A DNA stretch of 21,956 nt from Bdellovibrionota bacterium (GTDB lineage: Bacteria > Bdellovibrionota_C > UBA2361): contig JBILDU010000047.1 in NCBI GenBank assembly GCA_044352465.1, positions 1 to 21,956 on the forward strand, in the 5' to 3' direction. Positions 15,568 to 21,956 of this stretch are shown here, piece by piece. Position numbers and translations under genes: made by a program. Within the stretch, counting starts at the first letter, position 1, and every line of letters starts with the position of its first letter. Below the pieces are notes generated by a model. It made no database searches, was not told the origin of the DNA, and saw only the letters and a program-made list of their open reading frames with translations.

Positions 15568-17193
15568 TTGAATACTTTTAATGAATTAGCCCTCCCCGAG
15601 GAGCTTGCTACCGCTCTATCAAAAATCGGGTTTACTACCCCAACACCGATCCAAGCGCAGGCGCTGCCTGCTGCTCTCGAAGGAAAAGACCTTGTTGCCT
15701 CAGCTGAAACAGGCTCAGGCAAGACCGCCGCGTTTAGTATCCCGCTTATTACCCGTCTTTTGAATTCTCCCGAGGGCGTGGCGCTTATTTTGGCTCCAAC
15801 GCGGGAGCTCGCGGTGCAGATAGTGAAGGTCATCAAGGAGCTATCTCAAGACGTCCGACGGTTCCGTGCCGCTCTTCTCATCGGTGGAGTCCCGATGGGT
15901 GGACAACTTCAGGCCTTGCGGGCGAATCCGCGAGTTATTGTGGCAACGCCAGGGCGACTCGTCGATCATCTTGAGCGCCGCAGTGTGAATCTCTCTGCCT
16001 GTGAAATTTTGGTGCTCGATGAAGCTGACCGGATGCTCGACATGGGCTTCGCTCCCCAACTTGAGCAGATTCGCAAGGTGCTCCCGGAGAGCAGGCAGAC
16101 GCTACTTTTTTCCGCCACGATGCCTCCCGACATCGAGGCGCTCGCGGCGAAGTGGCTTCGCAATCCGGTGCGTATTGCGATAGGCCAGGTATCGAAGCCG
16201 GTTGACCGAATCGAGCAAAAAGTAATTGAGACCGATTCCTCGGCAAAGAATGATGTCCTCCTGAAAGAGCTCACAACCCGTGAGGGCGCCGTGCTTATCT
16301 TCGCTCGCACGAAGCGTCGTACCGACAGGCTTGCGCGTGTTCTTCACGGCGCGGGGCTGAAGGTGGCTCACATCCACGGCGATCGGTCGCAGAGCCAGCG
16401 GCAGCGGGCTCTCGATGGTTTTCGCGATGGTCGATTTAATATCTTGGTCGCGACCGATATCGCGGCGCGTGGTCTCGATATCCCGGAGATCGCCCACGTC
16501 ATTAACTACGATATGCCGATGGTGCCCGAGGACTACGTGCATCGGATCGGGCGTACGGCGCGAGCGGGTCGCACCGGCGAGGCGCTTGCTTTGGTGTCGC
16601 CGGAGGAAAAGTCACTGTGGAAGGCTGTGGTACGGCTGATGGAAAAAGGGGAGAGCGATACCCTTAAAGGTGGCGGTCACCGCGGCCGGAGTGGGAGGGC
16701 AGGCCCTCCCCGGGAGTCCCGAGCGCCCCGTCATCCCCGGCGGGAGCGCAGCGAGCGGTCGCCGCGGAGTACTCGGTTCGAGTCGCGAGGCGCGTCGCGG
16801 AGTGAACGCCGGTTCGGTGAAGAGCCCCGTGGTGAACGGCCGCAACGAGAGGGCCGTGGTCGACGTTTTGATGATGCTCCGGCAGGGCGACCGTTCTCCG
16901 ATGAACGCGGAGGATCGAAAGGTCCGCGCAAGCGCTTTGAGCGAGGAGGCGACCCGCGTCGCGCCTCGAACAGGTCCCGAAATCCCGACGCCCGCCCCTC
17001 GGCAGAGCCAAACGGGAATAGGTATGTACCGTCGGAGAGCCCAGAGGTAAATGGAAATACCTCGCGGTCCCCACGTTCCGCTAGCCGGGGTGGCGATCGA
17101 AATTATCGAGGCGGTCCGCGGCGGGGAGCTACTCAAGGGCGTGGTGGCTTTAGTAACCACCGTGGTCGTGGTGGACCAGCGCGGCGGGGATAG
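15568..17193 (+). CDS. DEAD-box ATP-dependent RNA helicase (RhlE-like) with R/G-rich disordered tail
   Basis: Q motif GFTTPTPIQAQA, AETGSGKT, LAPTRELA, GG, ATPGRL, LDEADRMLDMGF, FSAT, ATDIAARGLDI, YVHRIGRTARAG. TTG start with AAGGA SD at 15558-15562; no DbpA-type RRM seen. Confidence 0.96.
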   Translation: MNTFNELALPEELATALSKIGFTTPTPIQAQALPAALEGKDLVASAETGSGKTAAFSIPLITRLLNSPEGVALILAPTRELAVQIVKVIKELSQDVRRFRAALLIGGVPMGGQLQALRANPRVIVATPGRLVDHLERRSVNLSACEILVLDEADRMLDMGFAPQLEQIRKVLPESRQTLLFSATMPPDIEALAAKWLRNPVRIAIGQVSKPVDRIEQKVIETDSSAKNDVLLKELTTREGAVLIFARTKRRTDRLARVLHGAGLKVAHIHGDRSQSQRQRALDGFRDGRFNILVATDIAARGLDIPEIAHVINYDMPMVPEDYVHRIGRTARAGRTGEALALVSPEEKSLWKAVVRLMEKGESDTLKGGGHRGRSGRAGPPRESRAPRHPRRERSERSPRSTRFESRGASRSERRFGEEPRGERPQREGRGRRFDDAPAGRPFSDERGGSKGPRKRFERGGDPRRASNRSRNPDARPSAEPNGNRYVPSESPEVNGNTSRSPRSASRGGDRNYRGGPRRGATQGRGGFSNHRGRGGPARRG

Positions 17194-17323
17194 TCCCCTC
17201 GCTCTGGCTTCCCCGTGCGGTGCTCTTGGTTCGCCCGATTACTGCTTGGGATGGCCCAAGGGCTTCGCGGCATCGGGTAAGTTGTTCATTCAACTAGATC
17301 AAAATTTGACTTAGTTTAACGAA

Positions 17324-17386
17324 CTTGAATCAAGGCGGGGTTGGGGCGCACTAGCCGCCGCCCCAACTCTTAAGGCGCCTTGAATC
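17324..17386. repeat. Intergenic stem-loop flanked by an 8-bp direct repeat CTTGAATC
   Basis: GGGTTGGGGCG(17338-17348)/CGCCCCAACTC(17359-17369) and TCAAGGCG(17330-17337)/CGCCTTGA(17376-17383); CTTGAATC at 17324-17331 and 17379-17386. Confidence 0.6.
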
Positions 17387-17404
17387 GAAGCCGATAGACC
17401 CTCG

Positions 17405-18793
17405 ATGGGAAAAATCGCGATCGTCGGCACCGTTCTGACCTTTCTTTTTGGACCGCTGAGCTCTGTGTCTGCGCAGCAAGCGCAGCCCGTTTTCCTAAAC
17501 TATGCCGAGGTGCTCGGTGTTTGTAATGGAAAGGTTATCTTTTACGGGGAACGGAAACCGGGGGTCCATAATGGAATCTATTCGACTGATGGGAAGGCAG
17601 TCAGACTGATTCGGGACTTTTTTGATTTTAACTCCACCGTCGACAACGTCTGGCAAAGTTTTCCGCAGCACCCCCCGCTCAGCGGGCCCGTTCCTCTCAG
17701 GATCTACAAGAATAGATCACACACCTTCGTCACGGTGTGCGATTCCGTGGCCTCTCTAAAGACCGTTCAGCGAAATTTTTACCCAGAGTTTAGAGAAAAC
17801 TACGTCGTTAAAAATAACAAACTTATTTTTGGGCGAGTAAGCCGTTCGTCAACAGAGGTCGTCGAGTTATCGAATAATCGGTTAAAACCTTGGGGCGTCG
17901 CGCCGAGCAAGCAATCGCGGGCGGATCGAGACGGCTCTACCCGTCTCTACGGCGCGAAAAACGGAATCCTCTTCGAAGTTGCTGATTCCAAGACCACCCG
18001 ACGAGCTTTATGGACAACCAACGGGGCGGGAGCTCGTATTTTGAGTGATTTTCCAGAGGTGGTTGCGGCCGGATACCCCCGCTGGGAGGTTCGTGGGCCG
18101 GTCGTGACCGGTGATGAGTCGGTATTTTTTGGGGTCTATGCTCAATCAACCTCTGGCTCCGAGAAGGTATACCACTACGTTACCGACGGAGAGACTACCG
18201 AACAGGTCACCTACTTGCCGCCGCTCACCCGGGTTCGCGATGTTTTTCCGTTGCAATCTGTCAATGGAGCGCTCGTCAGCTATGAGGATTTCAGTCGGCC
18301 AACGACCTCGTGCAAGCTCGGACTAGTCTCTTTTGCTCACCGAACCTTTCAAGATATCACCGCGGCGCTTGGTAATCTCACCGGTCTTGGGATGTGGTGC
18401 TATGGAATCGCAGCCAAGACATCGAAGGGGTCGCTGTTTTTTGCTCACGAGAAAGACCCCAATCGATTGATGCGCCTTAATCTGAATACCCTGCAGCTTT
18501 CTCAGTTAATCGTTGCTGATGATCGTATCTCTGGGATTTGGTTCTTTCGAGACGTGATGTATTTCGAGGTTAACACCCCCTCTGGTACTTCAAAACTCTA
18601 TTCGACCGACGGAACTCCTGAGGGGACTCGTCCGGTCACCGTCGGAGGTCGCTCACTCCTCGGAACCGAGATTTGGCGTGCTCTTTTTCATCGCGGTAGC
18701 GTCTATTTGGCCGGCTACACCCGGGCAAATGGAGACTCGCTGATCGACTATGGGCTCTATCGTTTTACCCCTCCGACGGCGATCCAAGAGTAG
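17405..18793 (+). CDS. Secreted beta-propeller protein with degenerate ELWxxDGT repeats
   Basis: Sec signal (MGKIAIVGTVLTFLFGPLSSVSA/QQ); repeats GIYSTDGK, ALWTTNGA, HYVTDGET and KLYSTDGTPEGTRPV, each preceded by a V/L-F/Y-F type strand. Confidence 0.8.
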   Translation: MGKIAIVGTVLTFLFGPLSSVSAQQAQPVFLNYAEVLGVCNGKVIFYGERKPGVHNGIYSTDGKAVRLIRDFFDFNSTVDNVWQSFPQHPPLSGPVPLRIYKNRSHTFVTVCDSVASLKTVQRNFYPEFRENYVVKNNKLIFGRVSRSSTEVVELSNNRLKPWGVAPSKQSRADRDGSTRLYGAKNGILFEVADSKTTRRALWTTNGAGARILSDFPEVVAAGYPRWEVRGPVVTGDESVFFGVYAQSTSGSEKVYHYVTDGETTEQVTYLPPLTRVRDVFPLQSVNGALVSYEDFSRPTTSCKLGLVSFAHRTFQDITAALGNLTGLGMWCYGIAAKTSKGSLFFAHEKDPNRLMRLNLNTLQLSQLIVADDRISGIWFFRDVMYFEVNTPSGTSKLYSTDGTPEGTRPVTVGGRSLLGTEIWRALFHRGSVYLAGYTRANGDSLIDYGLYRFTPPTAIQE

Positions 18794-18913
18794 GTGGGGG
18801 ATCTCCGCATATAACAGCGCGAGCCTTTACGGGTTGACGATTTATGGTAAGGCTTTGATTCGACTCGCCAAAGTTTCGTTTTGGTTTAAATCACTTAAAG
18901 CAATGAAAGGCTG

Positions 18914-18959
18914 GGGCGCACCAGCGACGGGCGCACCAGCGACGGGCAGCACCAGCGAC
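18914..18959. repeat. 15-bp tandem repeat GGGCGCACCAGCGAC x3 (third copy has an extra A)
   Basis: Read directly; lies between the convergent ELWxxDGT gene and kbl. Confidence 0.9.
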
Positions 18960-18995
18960 GGGGGACCTGTCGGGATGAAGCGATTGAAAAGGGAG

Positions 18996-20192
18996 CTAGC
19001 CGATAACTCCATGCGCACGACCTACCTTCGCGAACGCCTCCAGCGCTCGATCGAGGTCGGCGCGAGAGTGCCCGGCTGAGATCTGGGTGCGGATCCGCGC
19101 TTGGCCGTGGGGGACGACGGGGTAAGAGAACCCGATCACATAGATCCCTTCCTTTAAGAGGTCGTCTGCCATGAGGGTTGCAAGCCTTGCATCTCCGAGC
19201 ATAATCGGGGTGATCGGGTGGACTTCGCCTCTAACCGTAAAGCCTAGCTTCGTGATCCCCTCACGCCAGTGCTTCGTGTTCTCAGCGAGCTTGTCGCGCA
19301 GCTCGGTGCTTTTTGTGAGCATATCAAGACACGCAATGGTGGACATCACGAGTGCAGGGGGGATCGAGTTGCTGAAAAGATATGGACGGCTCCTTTGTCG
19401 AAGAAGGTCTACGCACGGCCCATAGCTCGCCGTAAATCCACCGACCCCACCCCCTAAAGCTTTTCCCATGGTGGAGGTGACGATATCGACGTCGCTCATG
19501 ACGTCACAGTGCTCGATCGAGCCACGGCCTGTCGGTCCAAAAAATCCGGTCGCGTGAGAGTCGTCGACCATCAGCATCGCCTCGAACCGTTTCACGAGCG
19601 CGACTATCTCTTTGAGGGGAGCAACCTCGCCGTCCATCGAGAATACCCCATCGGTGACGACGAGGATTCGCTCACACCCCTTCGCTCGGGCGTCGGTGAG
19701 GTGTTTCTCCAGGTCGCTCAGATCGTTATGGGCGTAACGATATCGGTTCGCCTTGCAGAGCCGGATGCCGTCGATGATTGAGGCGTGATTAAGGGCGTCA
19801 GAGATGACCGCATCTTTCTCGCCGAGCAGGATCTCAAACACTCCTCCATTTGCATCCCAGCAGGACGTGTAAAGAATCGTGTCCTCTTTGCCGAGGAAGG
19901 CACTGATCTTTTGTTCGAGCTCCTTATGGATCGTCTGGGTCCCGCAGATAAAGCGCACCGACGATAAGCCGAGACCGAACGTGTCGATGCCTTCCTTTGC
20001 GGCGGCTTTCAGCGCCGGGTTGTTGGCGAGTCCAAGGTAGTTGTTTGCACAGAAGTTGAGTACCGTTTTCCCTCCCACCGAGATCGCGGGGCCTTGGGGG
20101 GATTCGATGACTCGCTCGCGCTTATATGTCCCCGCTGAGCGAATCGTTTCGAGTTCGTTCGCATAGCTCGCGAGGGTCTTCGAGGTCAGCAT
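18996..20192 (-). CDS. kbl: Glycine C-acetyltransferase (2-amino-3-ketobutyrate CoA ligase)
   Basis: [101 protein letters not shown]. Confidence 0.97.
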   Translation of the reverse strand: MLTSKTLASYANELETIRSAGTYKRERVIESPQGPAISVGGKTVLNFCANNYLGLANNPALKAAAKEGIDTFGLGLSSVRFICGTQTIHKELEQKISAFLGKEDTILYTSCWDANGGVFEILLGEKDAVISDALNHASIIDGIRLCKANRYRYAHNDLSDLEKHLTDARAKGCERILVVTDGVFSMDGEVAPLKEIVALVKRFEAMLMVDDSHATGFFGPTGRGSIEHCDVMSDVDIVTSTMGKALGGGVGGFTASYGPCVDLLRQRSRPYLFSNSIPPALVMSTIACLDMLTKSTELRDKLAENTKHWREGITKLGFTVRGEVHPITPIMLGDARLATLMADDLLKEGIYVIGFSYPVVPHGQARIRTQISAGHSRADLDRALEAFAKVGRAHGVIG

Positions 20193-20210
20193 ATCTTTCT
20201 CTCTTTTCTA

Positions 20211-21251
20211 TTATGCGCATCCACACGAGCGTTTCACCGCAGCACCGTACCGCTTGGAGATGTTGGGAATAAGATACTCATCGAAGGAGTGCGCCTTCGA
20301 GAACTCAGGGTTCCAGCCCCAGTCCCGACGGGCGGCGGAATCGTCGATATCGCTTGGCCAGGAGTCGACGATCATCTGTCGCATCGCTGAAGGTTTGTAC
20401 GTCACGGCAGTTGAGGGGAAGTACTTGGCGACCTCTTTTCTAAAATCCTCCGCGGTGAGCGAGAACGAAGTGACGTTATATACCCGCTGGGTTAACGCCT
20501 CTGCCGGGGCTTCGGCGAGCTTGATAAGTGACTGTATCGCGTCCGGCATCATCATGAAGGGGATCTGAGAATCGGGTCGGACGAAGCAATCGTATGGCTT
20601 ACCTTGAGCCGCCGCGTGAATCATCTCCGGCGCGTAGTCGCTCGTTCCACCGGACGGGAGAGTATCCGTGCTGATGACCCCAGGGAGCCGTACGGATCGG
20701 AAATCGATCTTCGGCCCGTTATCCGGCGCAAGCATCTTAAAGTGGGTGCTGAAATAACGCCCAAGATTCTCACAGTAGAGCTTGTTGATCCCGTACATCG
20801 TGAGGGCGCTTTGGTATTGATCCTCGCTGAGCTTGCCTGCTTTTTGCTTTTCTTGGGTGGATGGGATTCCGTAGACCGCAATCGTGCTCGGGAAGATAAA
20901 CGTCGTCGCCACACCGGATGCGATCGACTGTTGGTGCGCAAGATTCAAAAGGTTCAGCGTTCCTTCGACGTTGACCTCGTGGGCGAGGAGGGGATTCTTT
21001 TCTCCACCACTTGAGAGGACGCCGGCAAGATGGAAGATTTTCGAGAAGTGGTAACGCTCGGAGAGGAGCTTGAGGAGGCCGGTGTCGTTGATGCTCCCTT
21101 TAACGGTTTCCTTACACTTCGCTTTCTTGTCTGGAGTTAGCTCGGTGAGGTCGAGGGCGACAACCTCGGTGTTCCTCTGCGCTGAAAAATAGTTGATGAG
21201 GCTCGTTCCGATCTCACCACCCGCTCCTGTAATAAGAACACAATCGGCCAT
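20211..21251 (-). CDS. L-threonine 3-dehydrogenase, extended SDR type (NAD-dependent epimerase/dehydratase fold)
   Basis: ITGAGGEIG, HLAGVLSSGGE.NP, PSTIAVYG, MYGINK, GGTSDYA, MMMPDA, RQMIVDSWP..IDDSAARRDWGW; lies 18 nt upstream of kbl. Confidence 0.9.
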   Translation of the reverse strand: MADCVLITGAGGEIGTSLINYFSAQRNTEVVALDLTELTPDKKAKCKETVKGSINDTGLLKLLSERYHFSKIFHLAGVLSSGGEKNPLLAHEVNVEGTLNLLNLAHQQSIASGVATTFIFPSTIAVYGIPSTQEKQKAGKLSEDQYQSALTMYGINKLYCENLGRYFSTHFKMLAPDNGPKIDFRSVRLPGVISTDTLPSGGTSDYAPEMIHAAAQGKPYDCFVRPDSQIPFMMMPDAIQSLIKLAEAPAEALTQRVYNVTSFSLTAEDFRKEVAKYFPSTAVTYKPSAMRQMIVDSWPSDIDDSAARRDWGWNPEFSKAHSFDEYLIPNISKRYGAAVKRSCGCA

Positions 21252-21280
21252 ACAACACCTTTTAAAGGTACAACCTCGCT

Positions 21281-21309
21281 AATCTAAAGGGAGGGGCGAC
21301 TAAAGTAAA
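21281..21309 (-). promoter_or_regulatory. Putative sigma70 promoter for the threonine dehydrogenase-kbl operon
   Basis: Minus strand TTTACT, 17-nt spacer, TAGATT, ~30 nt before the ATG at 21251; AAGGTG SD-like sequence. Confidence 0.5.
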
Positions 21310-21412
21310 GGCATAGTGGTTCCAATGTGTTATGGGGGCTATTGGCGGAGTTCCGACCTTTCTCGGGAAGCCACCTTTGTGGCCGTGCCCGGGCGTTGGT
21401 ACCGTTGGGGGT

Positions 21413-21956
21413 ATGTCCCCATTTCGCCCGCTCTGTTTTTTGCTCCTCGTAGCGACGATAAGTCGCGAGGCTTTCGGTCAAGTTGATTGGAATTTGCCGG
21501 TCGATGTGTCGGATCGGAATACGACGCTCACGGTGGCGATTGAGACAGCCAACGATCGATTGCGGGGCGTCGTGCGAGCGCTCTCTGGGAGGATGTGGCT
21601 CGCGGACCCTCAGGACCCGACCACGCTGCGCGCAAAGATCGAGGTTCCGACGACCGCTGTCGAGACGGGTGATAGAAATAGAGATCTGCAGTTACGGGCG
21701 ATTCTGGCGGCGCTGGGTGTGAACGGTGCAACCATAGCGCTGCGCAGCAACGGGCGAGGCTGCCTTCCCGGCCCCGTTAATCTCGGTCGTCCCTGTGAGG
21801 GGAGGCTGATAGGAGATGTCTCTTTTCAAGGGATACGTCGAACTATCGATCTACCGTTTCGAATTCGTCGTGAGGGGACGCGCTATCGAGTGGAGGGGCA
21901 CCTCGCTCTTCCGGCAAGCGATTTTGTGTTGAGTGATTCATTGAAACTTCTGTTCG
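21413..21956 (+). CDS. YceI-family exported protein (partial, runs off the window)
   Basis: Hand translation from the ATG at 21413 has no stop to the edge: MSPFRPLCFLLLVATISREAFG (signal)..LRGVVRALSGRMWL..AKIEVPTTAVETGDRNRDLQL..LIGDVSFQGIRRTIDLPF..VEGHLALPASDF, matching the YceI xTGxxxRD and G.L...G motifs. Confidence 0.8.
   Translation, partial: MSPFRPLCFLLLVATISREAFGQVDWNLPVDVSDRNTTLTVAIETANDRLRGVVRALSGRMWLADPQDPTTLRAKIEVPTTAVETGDRNRDLQLRAILAALGVNGATIALRSNGRGCLPGPVNLGRPCEGRLIGDVSFQGIRRTIDLPFRIRREGTRYRVEGHLALPASDFVLSDSLKLLF

Noticed and set aside
18914..18959. CRISPR array
   Set aside because: Repeats are 15 bp and directly adjacent, with no spacers and no cas genes.

Overview
GC-rich bacterial chromosomal window. 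The lineage cannot be fixed from sequence; the orphan Flp pilin, ELWxxDGT protein and gene mix loosely suggest a deltaproteobacterial/Bdellovibrionota-like organism. Recognisable genes: typA/bipA, mltA, rlmI plus a coupled RlmK-like methyltransferase, a DEAD-box helicase, an SDR-type threonine dehydrogenase + kbl operon, a Flp pilin, an ELWxxDGT beta-propeller protein, a YceI-like protein (partial) and a heavily decayed SulP pseudogene. Two edge genes are missing from the ORF track: a PAS-coiled-coil-degenerate histidine kinase (<1..2039, -) and the YceI-like gene (21413..>21956, +). Most unusual items: (i) a single-chain tandem GGDEF protein with one metal-competent and one metal-dead domain, both keeping the guanine-reading Asn/Asp; (ii) a ~280-nt, switch-like structured RNA ahead of an unknown 174-aa gene; (iii) a pseudo-histidine kinase; (iv) a 6-aa uORF inside a long hairpin, coupled to mltA; (v) a probable leaderless rlmI transcript; (vi) a possible Na+ (DUF1646) riboswitch before the SulP pseudogene. 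No rRNA, tRNA, CRISPR array or transposase was found.
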